From positions 736,001 to 800,000 of the forward strand of contig CBDHDF010000011.1 of the NCBI GenBank assembly GCA_965261545.1: DNA of 64,000 bases, in the 5' to 3' direction. The translations under genes and the position numbers were made by a program. Positions 10,558-19,782 of the stretch are shown here, in pieces. How positions within the stretch are numbered: position 1 is the first letter of the stretch; each line of letters begins with the position of its first letter. The DNA is from Bdellovibrionales bacterium. Lineage in GTDB: Bacteria > Bdellovibrionota > Bdellovibrionia > Bdellovibrionales > UBA1609. Under the pieces are notes generated by a model that was not told the DNA's origin, ran no database searches, and was given only the letters and a program-made list of their open reading frames with translations.

Positions 10558-12609
10558 TCAACGATTCTCCTCATTTTTATCTTTATGGTAGGCTTTATAG
10601 TCAGAGTCATGGTTAGCAAGAAAGCGTGCAAGCATAAGTGCATCAACGCCAAGCTCTGCTGGGGTCTTCTGGTCGTTGTTATCACCAGTATTATCGTTAG
10701 TCTGTCTGCGTGAAGGTCTTAGAAGTTTCCAAATGAGACCGCTTAAACTATCTACATTTGATTCTCCTCCACCATTGGGTAAGCTACTTGTCAGGCTATG
10801 GAGAATTTCAGCACGCAGCAATTCTCGAAAATCATCAATTTCAAAGTCATTGGGCAAATTTCCCCATTCGCCCGGTTTCCATTGGGACCATCCACACAGC
10901 AGAGATAATATCTCTCGGATTCGGTAGATGAGTGCCAATGAGAGCCCCATATCCGATGTGCTCTCATTGAAATTCGTTGTCTTAAAACTATTGAGTTGGT
11001 TCATTAAATCTTCGAGTGGCTTCAGTGCACATAAAGAAGTACCATCAGTATCTTTTCGCATCCAAGTCGTCACCCATTGGGATTGCAATCCACCAGATTT
11101 CATGATTCCAACTGCCAACGAATCTCGTCCATTGGTATTTTTGGCTTCGTCATCGAGCAACCGGTGGGACTCAGCAAGTACTATGTCCAATGGCAATCGA
11201 ATATGAGCAAATGTTACCGCCGCAGAGAGGGTTGCATTGGTGCCACTGGCATTAGTTTTGGCATTGGCCATTTTATCCTCCTCAAAGGCAGACTTATAGC
11301 ACTGTGAAAGCTTAGCAGCACAAGAGAGAGCCCTTGGAACAGGCAGCATCGCAAGAACGTCGTCTCCACCTGCGTAGATTGTGACTCCGTCGTGCTTTTT
11401 CACGATCTCTGGGACTTCGGTGGTGAATTTAGAAAGTGCTTGCCCGACAACTTCCCCACCTAACTTCCCCACTAATTTGCCTAGGCTATCACCGTCTGCA
11501 AGTAACAACGCATAGAATGAGGAGGGTGGTCCCAACGAACGTCCTGAGGTGTCCTTGGTCTTATAAATTTTTTCTTTAAGCATTTTAGACAGCTTCTTGC
11601 GAGTGTCATTTCCGGTGTCGTTATCTAAAGGACATAATCGTTCGTTCTCTATAGATTCGTAATGGAAGTAATTCGTATCAATTTTGGAAAAATCATCCAT
11701 ATTGTTGATTTTCAAATCCTTGAAAGAAGACTGATATTTGGCAATAGTGCTAACATATTCTTGCATCTCTTTCCGTGCAAAAGATTGCACTCGATGAATC
11801 CATGGTTTAGCTCCAACATGTACAGTCGAGTGCCAGTGTGAAGCATCGATGTTTAGGTCCAATTTTTTGGTTATTTTTGGAAACATTCGCTTTACGAATG
11901 CAATTGCACAGAGCCTTTCATTGTCTCTCAGGTTTAATGGGCCAATGGGCCTCTGTTCCCGTAAAGATTTCCAAAACTCATCTTGTTTATTTGCACTTTC
12001 TTTGCCCTCAGCACGAATATATCCCGAAAGTTCTTGCAAATCGTGCATGACGGTGCATTTATCACCTGGCTCATCTGGAGGACATTGGGTTCGCCAATGC
12101 TTGCGACGTGTCATAGCCATTTGGTTTGCTCTGTCACTGTCCTCAGCAGTTTTAGTATTATTGGTCGCAGTCCACATGATTTCCCAATAACCTTTAACCT
12201 GACGATCCCAAATATCCTTGGTCCCATTATTATCCTTGGAGCAGACAGACTCAATAAAAGCCTCCCATACAGCGCAGTACACCTTTTCCCAAGCTTCGTT
12301 AAATGCTTTGATTCCTGCTTTGGCTACGCACCGAGCATCCCCATCCACTTCTAAAACAAAGTGATTAGGCAATGAACCCATTTCGGGTGCACCATTTTTC
12401 TGTTCATCAGAGATCCACAAATAGAGGGGATCATTATCGACAATGGGTCGGATAATCGTACCACCGGCTTTCTTTGCTCCATGCATTGCATGTGCTGACA
12501 GAAATGATAAAAGATAGGAGCTTCCCCATAGATCCCGAGTGCGGCGAGACTGGGCAATAAAACCCTGAACCGGGCCGATAAACATATCAAGATGCTTTGT
12601 CATGGGCAC
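10558..12609 (-). CDS. cas10: Cas10/Cmr2, lacking the HD domain, cyclase GGDD motif intact
   Basis: Starts directly at IGPVQGFIAQSRRTRDLWGSSYLLS; has ADGDSLG and IYAGGDDVL. Confidence 0.95.
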   Translation of the reverse strand: MPMTKHLDMFIGPVQGFIAQSRRTRDLWGSSYLLSFLSAHAMHGAKKAGGTIIRPIVDNDPLYLWISDEQKNGAPEMGSLPNHFVLEVDGDARCVAKAGIKAFNEAWEKVYCAVWEAFIESVCSKDNNGTKDIWDRQVKGYWEIMWTATNNTKTAEDSDRANQMAMTRRKHWRTQCPPDEPGDKCTVMHDLQELSGYIRAEGKESANKQDEFWKSLREQRPIGPLNLRDNERLCAIAFVKRMFPKITKKLDLNIDASHWHSTVHVGAKPWIHRVQSFARKEMQEYVSTIAKYQSSFKDLKINNMDDFSKIDTNYFHYESIENERLCPLDNDTGNDTRKKLSKMLKEKIYKTKDTSGRSLGPPSSFYALLLADGDSLGKLVGKLGGEVVGQALSKFTTEVPEIVKKHDGVTIYAGGDDVLAMLPVPRALSCAAKLSQCYKSAFEEDKMANAKTNASGTNATLSAAVTFAHIRLPLDIVLAESHRLLDDEAKNTNGRDSLAVGIMKSGGLQSQWVTTWMRKDTDGTSLCALKPLEDLMNQLNSFKTTNFNESTSDMGLSLALIYRIREILSLLCGWSQWKPGEWGNLPNDFEIDDFRELLRAEILHSLTSSLPNGGGESNVDSLSGLIWKLLRPSRRQTNDNTGDNNDQKTPAELGVDALMLARFLANHDSDYKAYHKDKNEENR

Positions 12610-13796
12610 ACCTTCAGTCGCTTAGTGAATGGTTCTTTACATTTAAATAGCTCCTTACATTTCTTGGTATCAAGAAGGCGATCAAGAAAATTGTGGATTG
12701 GTTTATACAGTTCTTCCTCTGGAAGCTGGGGGACCTTAGTTTTTCCCACTGAAATATATGAAATATCTGATTTCTTGTCCTTAGGCAAAAATAGTGCTGG
12801 AAGAAAGGATAGAACTGCAACAGGCATGTCATCACCACATTGGTGAATATGAATGAACAGTGGACTTGCTCGACGATTAAAATCCTTAGGCTTTATTGGC
12901 CCATGTGGGAGTCCAAACGCAATACGGAGGGGGTGATGTTTTTGGAGACTTTTCATCAAATCGTGATCACATTTGAAATTCTTTTCTGAATCAACTGTGT
13001 TTCCAAGAATTTTTCCGTTACGACCCCAACTTCTAAATCTAACAAGTTCACGACCAACGAGATCCAACAATTCAATGGGCTCTTTCTTTTCGCTAGATAG
13101 AAGTACGTGGCGAGATTTACTAGAAAAGGCGGTGAACTCAGGTAATTTTTCTATATCTTTATCTTTGTCAACATGCCGAAGTTTCTTGATTGTCTCACTC
13201 AACTCACTTATAGATTTTGGCAGATGCTGCTCTTCTCCGTCCACACTCAAAGTTTGGATGGCCAATGAACCGTAACCTTTTCTACTTTTTGCTCCCATTC
13301 CACCGATGGTTCCAAGCGCAATTAAGGCATTTTGAAGTAATTCCAATTGCTCTGTGTCTTTTTGCGTTTCGTCTTTTAAGCCATGACATCGCATGAGAAC
13401 AGTGAAGCTGCAAGGTGCCAGAATACAAGAACGCATAAAACGCATAAGTTGTCCACTATTGGTACCCTTCTCTTTGCTGGAAAAGGTCTTCATCACACCA
13501 TAACCAAGATAGCGTGCTCCTTCACCGACAACTGTTTCTCCGGCCTTGAGTACTGCGCCTTGGGAAATTTCTTGAAAATCTGTATCCATTTTCAAGCGCA
13601 TGGATACACACGACTGACCACCATTCGCACTTCCAAATAGAGCATCTTCCTCTTTCTACTTTGACCACGCTAAAGCACGCCACCAGAAGCGCAGCACTCC
13701 CTTGAAACTAGGTAGGCGGATTTCAGGACAATCCGAAGCACCTGCGCAGAATAGAGGGGTAACAATCCGGTAAGTGACCTTAATATTTACTATCAT
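12600..13796 (-). pseudogene. cmr1: Cmr1 with an in-frame premature TAG (13656-13658)
   Basis: VTPLFCAGA..IRLPSFKGVLRFWWRALAWSK*KEEDALFGS continues in the same frame into the 333-aa ORF (GGMGAKSRKGYG, AFGLPH, RRASPLFI). Confidence 0.9.
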
Positions 13797-15522
13797 TGTC
13801 ATCCTCCATGGGACCGAACCAAAAGGGTTCTCCTGATTGATACGGGTCTGCATCCTGTTGCTCTGGGGGCCTACGGTCGATCAAACCGAACCTGCGAACA
13901 GGACAAGCCAGTTTACTAGCTGTATCTGCAAGTGCTTCAGCAGTAAGCCCCATGAGAGTGGTGCCACCGGTGACATTCACAATCACTTCACTTGCACCGA
14001 TAAAGCACGAACGCACTTCATTCTGTAAGTGTTCGATCTCTTCATAACCACCGTAAGCATCTTTAAGAAGCAATGGCTTGGTCTCACCACCATAATCAGC
14101 GCATTCCAATGCCTTATCAATAGACCTTTCGGTTTCAGGTGAGCAAATAATGAAACACATGGCCGGCTCAGCAATATTTTTTTGCGTCCGACATGCTTGC
14201 AAGGCACTAAAGAGTACCCCAGGACGTTTTCCAATAGGGATGACGAGAATAGATTTATCCAGAGACTCACCGAGAGAGAGTGAAAATTCTGGGCACAAAC
14301 AAAGCGTTTTCTCCCAAAATTTCCTTACTGAACAAAGCTCTTGGTCGATATTCATATTGTTTACTAAAATCTGGTCACGCATACCATGGTGATGATAGGA
14401 ATTACGCAGTTGACAAAGGCTTCTCCAAAACTTACCAAGGGAACATTGCTTATCAGTCAAGATATTTCTCAGTTTCACATCTTTTTCAATGGTACCAATC
14501 GTCCCGAGAAGACAAGAGGCTCTACGGCGAGCCGTCTTATAGTCCAGCCATTGATTTGTGTTATAATGTCGTAATACCACCCAAGATACTGTCCATTCGT
14601 TCATGAGGCCAAGGGCAACTGTAAAATTCCTCTGTTTCAATAGACTGTCAATAACTTTTGCCTGACGCTTCAGTTCTTCTTCAGACAGAGTTACTTGTCC
14701 CTTCCAACCCTCACCAAGAGGCAGGTCATTCATGGCAAAGTGTTTGAAGGTTTCTTCGAGTTGATTGACCAATTCATCGACAAGAGGTAGTTGGTATTTC
14801 TTTAGTTCTTTCTTCAGGGGTTTATATTTTTTTTGCAACTGATGTGTTTGATAACCCAATTCAAGAGGCAAACCCGAAAGATATGCTTGAGAAAAATGTG
14901 ATAAATCACGTTTGATCTCCTCACCAAATGATCCTGGTGAATTATTACTAATTGCCTTTGCCATTGGAAGCGTACTGCCTGTATTGTGAACTACCTCCAA
15001 GGCATTAAGCCATCGAGGTAGTTCCAAAAGTGGGCGCAAATCGAGAAATGGGCTCTTTCCATCTTGCAACAGTCCGTAGTATGCACCCTTTATCTGAACT
15101 CTACGAAGTGCAGCCAAGTAGAGAACAACCATGTATGTAAGAAAGGAAAAATGTCGATAGCCATGAGTAATATCTAAAGTGAGGTCAGGCTTATCTTTCA
15201 CGGCTTTGGATACCAAAGTGATATAAGAGTTGATACCTTCTTGGGTATGTTCATTTGATACACAAACTGGATCTAACAGATGGTAATTGTTATCCAATTC
15301 TTCTTTAAGTATAGGCCAGCTTTTATTCTTGGCTTCGGGGGTGCAGATAGCCATAATTTGACTTGGTCTTTCTTCTTGTTGCAACAACTTGAGTAAGGCG
15401 ATAGGAGCAAGCTTTGCCTCAGTGGTTTGACCACCAAGGGAGTAACAAGCCTTACTTGAATTTGTTCCAAGTACAGTTAGCAAAAGGTGATCTTTAACAG
15501 CATCATTATTATCTGAACTCAA
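13780..15522 (-). CDS. csx1: Csx1/TM1812-type CARF-HEPN ribonuclease with an extra C-terminal CARF-like domain
   Basis: N-terminal LLTVLG...DITHGYRH, HEPN motif RNSYHH, C-terminal IPIGKRPG...VNVTGGTT; TTG start with AGAGGA RBS. Confidence 0.8.
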   Translation of the reverse strand: MSSDNNDAVKDHLLLTVLGTNSSKACYSLGGQTTEAKLAPIALLKLLQQEERPSQIMAICTPEAKNKSWPILKEELDNNYHLLDPVCVSNEHTQEGINSYITLVSKAVKDKPDLTLDITHGYRHFSFLTYMVVLYLAALRRVQIKGAYYGLLQDGKSPFLDLRPLLELPRWLNALEVVHNTGSTLPMAKAISNNSPGSFGEEIKRDLSHFSQAYLSGLPLELGYQTHQLQKKYKPLKKELKKYQLPLVDELVNQLEETFKHFAMNDLPLGEGWKGQVTLSEEELKRQAKVIDSLLKQRNFTVALGLMNEWTVSWVVLRHYNTNQWLDYKTARRRASCLLGTIGTIEKDVKLRNILTDKQCSLGKFWRSLCQLRNSYHHHGMRDQILVNNMNIDQELCSVRKFWEKTLCLCPEFSLSLGESLDKSILVIPIGKRPGVLFSALQACRTQKNIAEPAMCFIICSPETERSIDKALECADYGGETKPLLLKDAYGGYEEIEHLQNEVRSCFIGASEVIVNVTGGTTLMGLTAEALADTASKLACPVRRFGLIDRRPPEQQDADPYQSGEPFWFGPMEDDNDSKY

Positions 15523-15787
15523 TATATCCTCTTTACTGATTTCCAGTGAACTTTGTTAACCCCTTTGGATTACATTCACTTAATAATTTTCCAGTATGTG
15601 TTAATTTGCGCTTTATCTTCACAATATCTAAGAAATAAATTTCTGTCCGAGAAGTCTTCTTAAGACTCATTGTTATTACTCGGGGGATGAGAAGTAAAGT
15701 GATGTTTTCTTTGTGTTTGTAGAGTTCCTAGAAGATTCATAACCATGATGTCGATGCCTATACACATCACATAACAAAAACTCATCG

Positions 15788-16181
15788 GATAGAATAGAAA
15801 AACACTAAAATTTTTTTTGATACAAAAACCATAAATATTAAGGTGGTATCTCTTAATTTTTGTCAAATGCATCTAGCCTGTCGAAAGCAGAACCAAAACC
15901 TAGAATGAATTAAAATTATGTTTGAATTTTCAACCAATGACCAAGTAAGGAGGTGTGTCAAAATAAGTTGAACGGATTGAAGGCTCTTAACCATAAGAAA
16001 TACCACTGAATTGTCCGACTTACTTTGGGACAGCTCCTAAGGAATTAAATTTCTTTGGTGCAGCTTCAGTGCTTCAATGAAGCCGGGGGCAACTGTGCCC
16101 CGGGAATTATTTCTCAAACTATTTAAGACAAGGGAGGTCTTAATAGCTTCAATGAGGCCGGGGCAACTACACCCCGGAAAT
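15788..16181. repeat. 394-bp duplicated segment (array trailer, degenerate repeat, oldest spacer, one repeat); second copy at 18323-18716
   Basis: The two stretches read identically on direct comparison. Confidence 0.92.
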
Positions 16182-16301
16182 GATATATCCGCCTTAAATA
16201 TGGAGATACAAATTTTAATGCTTCAATGAGGCCGGGGCAACTACACCCCGGAAATCAGATGGACTATGAATTAGTTCAATGGCGACCTGCCAACGCGCTT
16301 C
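16071..16301 (-). CRISPR. Leaderless CRISPR array fragment: 3 repeats (1 degenerate), 3 spacers and a 5-nt repeat stub
   Basis: Repeats at 16071 (degenerate), 16146 and 16220; GCTTC stub at 16297-16301 abuts the IS110 element. Confidence 0.93.
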
Positions 16302-16320
16302 CACCTATGGAAGTGCCGCC

Positions 16321-16990
16321 GATGTGTTGGTGAGTTCCCGGACGTAGGTCCCCATTTAGATCGTCTGTTTTCAAAATTCGTCCTTGAACCCGACTATCCG
16401 CAATCTTGTTTCTATATCTGTTTTCTCACTGATACAGAAACAACCCACATGTAGGCTTCCTCGCTGCTGATCTTTATCCGGAAATCAAGTCTCTCAACTT
16501 ACCGAAACTTACCAAAACTATCAGCCCGTGGAACGAATTTCACACGATCCTATATTTAACTTACTCGGCTCTCTATTTCTCACGCTTGAGATGTTTTTTA
16601 CATTCAAGCTGGTTTTCTTTAATTATCAGGTACATAAAACAGCTGTGTCTTGCTCACCTATTCAAGGTCTTCACCCTTACGGGATCGCCTTATCCTGTTC
16701 CCCCTGCCGCCCATGTCAACATGCAGTAAATATCAGAGTCATAATTGCTCTATGGAGGTTCGTTGTCCATGGGGCGAGGCTCGTCACCGTTTTTATCAAG
16801 AAAATTTCAAGATTTACGAAGCTATTCAATCTTTTATCAAACTACATTATTTCATATTTCATAACTCCTCCCCCTCAGAAATGCCTAGCCACAGTCATTT
16901 GTAATGTAAAAGGCATAATTAAACTCCTGGGTATTCCTATTCCACCCAATGACTGCGTTACATGCAGCATACTAAGACCACTGAGGTGAG
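16321..16990 (-). ncRNA. Candidate bridge/seekRNA-encoding region of the IS1111-type element
   Basis: Non-coding on the transposase strand and downstream of the CDS, where IS1111-group guide RNAs are encoded; boundaries not defined. Confidence 0.5.
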
Positions 16991-16991
16991 T

Positions 16992-17086
16992 CAGTTATCC
17001 ACAGACTCATCCATGGTGACGCTGCGGCTATGGCCCTAGGGGAGCCAATAAGGCAGCGCTGCTGTGGATGAGTCTGTGGATAACTG
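16992..17086 (-). other. Conserved hairpin with TTATCCACA motifs downstream of the IS110 transposase
   Basis: Perfect inverted repeat CAGTTATCCACAGACTCATCCA / TGGATGAGTCTGTGGATAACTG; homologous to 8621-8718. Confidence 0.72.
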
Positions 17087-17162
17087 CGACGGAGTCTCCA
17101 CACAAGTGTGTTGGCAACTCTGTCCTCCGTGGTTTCATGTACAAAGCTCGGATCCTGAAATG

Positions 17163-18221
17163 CTAGGCTCCCATCTTCTCCAAATTGGCTTGGAAAGCAT
17201 ATTCCTTATAGCCACGGTTGTCCCGCAGCATCGCATAGCAGATACAGCTCATCTTGCGAGCCAGGGCCACAACAGCCTTATTGGTTCCCCTCCTCGACTC
17301 AACCTCTAAGGCCCATTTCCGAACAGGATCATCACATTTAGTGCTCTTTTTGAGCCAAGCCCGCGCCCCATGGATGAGATAGCGACGTAATATCTCATTG
17401 CCACTTTTGGTGATGGAGCCCATCATACGAGTGTTTGCTGAAGAGCTAACACTGGGAACTAAACCCAGGTAGCTGGCAAACTTACTGGCATCATCAAAAC
17501 GACTGATATCATCCACCACTGCCACCATAGCCGCAGCCGTGAGAAGACCAACTCCAGGCAAAGTTCTCAATTGTTTTACAGACTCTTTCTCCTGAACTAA
17601 AAACTCAATCCGGTGGGTGATAGACTTTTCTTGCTGTTGGAGGGCTTCGGCCTGACCGTACAATTCCTGAAGAGTGCTGCGAATAAAAGGATTGGGCACT
17701 TTGGAAATAGTCGCTGGTGCTTTCACCCAAAACTGATTTGCTCCCACGGGAATCGTAAGACCCTGTTCCCTCAAAAGACCTCTGATGTGGTTTGTTAAAC
17801 TCACCCGTGTGCCTACAGTAAGTTCACGGGAAACGAGCAGACTCTTTATGTCTCTGGAACCAGGACTACGGAGATGAACCTCACAATCACTATCAGGGTT
17901 CAGGCGCAGAAAAGTATTTAAAGCCTTGGCATCCCGCTCGTCGGTTTTCTTGCCGCTGATACCTATGCCCCTAAACTTGTTTGGGTTGATGATGTGAACA
18001 GTGTGACCCAAATCCTGTAATTTCTGGACATAGGGGTTAACCCCTCCTGTGGCCTCAATGGCTATCTCACAGGGTTCTCTATTTGAGAAATAGCGAGGAA
18101 GATTCTTCGTCTGAATACAACTGACTCTAGGGACTCCTTGAACCATTTCTCCCTTTTGATCTGTAGCATAAAGAACTGAGTTATTCTTGTGAAAATCGAC
18201 TCCTATGTATAACTTGGGCAT
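17163..18221 (-). CDS. IS110-family DEDD recombinase/transposase (352 aa)
   Basis: MPKLYIGVDFHK, IEAT, KTDERDA, LPGVG, YLGLVP..SSS and AVVALARK motifs; AAGGAG RBS before ATG 18221. Confidence 0.95.
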   Translation of the reverse strand: MPKLYIGVDFHKNNSVLYATDQKGEMVQGVPRVSCIQTKNLPRYFSNREPCEIAIEATGGVNPYVQKLQDLGHTVHIINPNKFRGIGISGKKTDERDAKALNTFLRLNPDSDCEVHLRSPGSRDIKSLLVSRELTVGTRVSLTNHIRGLLREQGLTIPVGANQFWVKAPATISKVPNPFIRSTLQELYGQAEALQQQEKSITHRIEFLVQEKESVKQLRTLPGVGLLTAAAMVAVVDDISRFDDASKFASYLGLVPSVSSSANTRMMGSITKSGNEILRRYLIHGARAWLKKSTKCDDPVRKWALEVESRRGTNKAVVALARKMSCICYAMLRDNRGYKEYAFQANLEKMGA

Positions 18222-18605
18222 TGCCGCTCCTTTCGTTTGTGAGCCTTTTGAGCTCGGTTTTTGTGTGGATAAGTATAACAACTTAGACCACGATGAAAAG
18301 GGGCGGCACTTCCATGCCTCCAGATAGAATAGAAAAACACTAAAATTTTTTTTGATACAAAAACCATAAATATTAAGGTGGTATCTCTTAATTTTTGTCA
18401 AATGCATCTAGCCTGTCGAAAGCAGAACCAAAACCTAGAATGAATTAAAATTATGTTTGAATTTTCAACCAATGACCAAGTAAGGAGGTGTGTCAAAATA
18501 AGTTGAACGGATTGAAGGCTCTTAACCATAAGAAATACCACTGAATTGTCCGACTTACTTTGGGACAGCTCCTAAGGAATTAAATTTCTTTGGTGCAGCT
18601 TCAGT

Positions 18606-19235
18606 GCTTCAATGAAGCCGGGGGCAACTGTGCCCCGGGAATTATTTCTCAAACTATTTAAGACAAGGGAGGTCTTAATAGCTTCAATGAGGCCGGGGCA
18701 ACTACACCCCGGAAATACCGTGCACAGCCCAATCGCGTCTTTCTGTGCTTCAGGGCTTCAATGAGGCCGGGGCAACTACACCCCGGAAATTTGTGATGGA
18801 GAACCACGCAGCGAGATTCTTTGATTGCTTCAATGAGGCCGGGGCAACTACACCCCGGAAATAGTGGAAGAAAGTGAGCGACATGTGCTTCAGCCAAGCG
18901 CTTCAATGAGGCCGGGGCAACTACACCCCGGAAATGCAGACTTTGGCTACACGAATACCACATATGCCAAATTCATGCTTCAATGAGGCCGGGGCAACTA
19001 CACCCCGGAAATAATGTAAAAGTTACGAATTAGAAGAAATAGTAGAAAAATAGCTTCAATGAGGCCGGGGCAACTACACCCCGGAAATTATTACGGCACG
19101 GAACAAGTTATTGAGTACATTGAGAGGCTTCAATGAGGCCGGGGCAACTACACCCCGGAAATTGGTATTGGTAAGGTTCTAATGTCTCTCGAAACAGGCG
19201 CTTCAATGAGGCCGGGGCAACTACACCCCGGAAAT
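18606..19235 (-). CRISPR. CRISPR array with 9 repeats (terminal one degenerate) and 8 spacers of 36-41 bp; repeat ATTTCCGGGGTGTAGTTGCCCCGGCCTCATTGAAGC
   Basis: Repeats start at 18606, 18681, 18755, 18827, 18900, 18977, 19053, 19127 and 19200; CCGGGG/CCCCGG hairpin; ATTGAAGC 3' end on the minus strand. Confidence 0.98.
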
Positions 19236-19474
19236 AGTCCCTATATATGTTTTTAGATTTATTGGGTTTTATGGTCATTCTGCGAGGACTGTAGTTTTTG
19301 GCACTTAATGATCTCAAATTACCTCCCAAACAATCTTTATGATATACCCTATCACCTTGAAATACAAGAGAAAATTGAAATGCGAGCGCTAGTAGTAATT
19401 TTCACAGAACTCAAGCTCTCGCAAGCCATCACGGCAGCTTTAGTCCATCCACCTTTGCCTCGATGGTGGGTGGA
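19236..19474 (-). promoter_or_regulatory. CRISPR leader
   Basis: AT-rich non-coding stretch between cas2 and the first perfect repeat; the degenerate repeat is at the opposite end. Confidence 0.8.
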
Positions 19475-19768
19475 CTAAACAATAATGGCCTTCTTTGTAG
19501 GGACTTCATATTTTTTGCCCAAGCTTTCTACACGAGTACGAACTCCATCTGCCGGCCCCAAATCAATGATTAAGATATGGTCTTCCTCTAGCTTTATTAC
19601 ATCTTTCAAGCGTATATTCATCTCAATACAACGTTGAACTGTCAAACGGCATTGAAAAACTGACATCTGTAACCATTGTCCATGGCCTTTCATTAGCTTG
19701 AATACACTCTTCCAACGCTTTGGTTCAGATATATCATATGCAACAATATAAAGATGTTCTTTGGCCAT
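19475..19768 (-). CDS. cas2: CRISPR-associated Cas2 (97 aa, type I-G-like sequence)
   Basis: YIVAYDISEPKRW, WLQMSVFQC and IIDLGPAD motifs; the N-terminal extension in the ORF track is IS-derived. Confidence 0.93.
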   Translation of the reverse strand: MAKEHLYIVAYDISEPKRWKSVFKLMKGHGQWLQMSVFQCRLTVQRCIEMNIRLKDVIKLEEDHILIIDLGPADGVRTRVESLGKKYEVPTKKAIIV

Positions 19769-19782
19769 ATCATTTACCCCAT

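Larger units (their letters stand above)
3969..10561 (-). pseudogene. cmr3: Cmr3 split by an ISNCY element
   Basis: The N-part (10168-10561) has PLDTLFFRSGTPF and FPPHP. The C-part (3969-4771) has FGGESR and GARQEWGFG. Removing the IS rejoins them in frame (ECDLGNNAQLPE). Confidence 0.93.
16304..18322 (-). mobile_element. IS110-family, IS1111-type element with a long 3' non-coding end
   Basis: Sub-terminal 14-bp IR ATGGAAGTGCCGCC (16307-16320) / GGCGGCACTTCCAT (18302-18315); no TSD; exact ends uncertain by a few nt. Confidence 0.85.

Noticed and set aside
18222..18407. N-terminal extension of the 414-aa IS110 ORF and the matching ORF 15660-15872
   Set aside because: They derive from the duplicated trailer and IS end; the RBS and DEDD motif place the start at 18221.
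16108..19199. Self-targeting spacers
   Set aside because: I saw no match to other parts of this window by eye apart from the duplicated spacer; a genome-wide search was not possible.
18658..19329. ORFs 18658-18963 and 19108-19329
   Set aside because: They are translations of CRISPR repeats and spacers.
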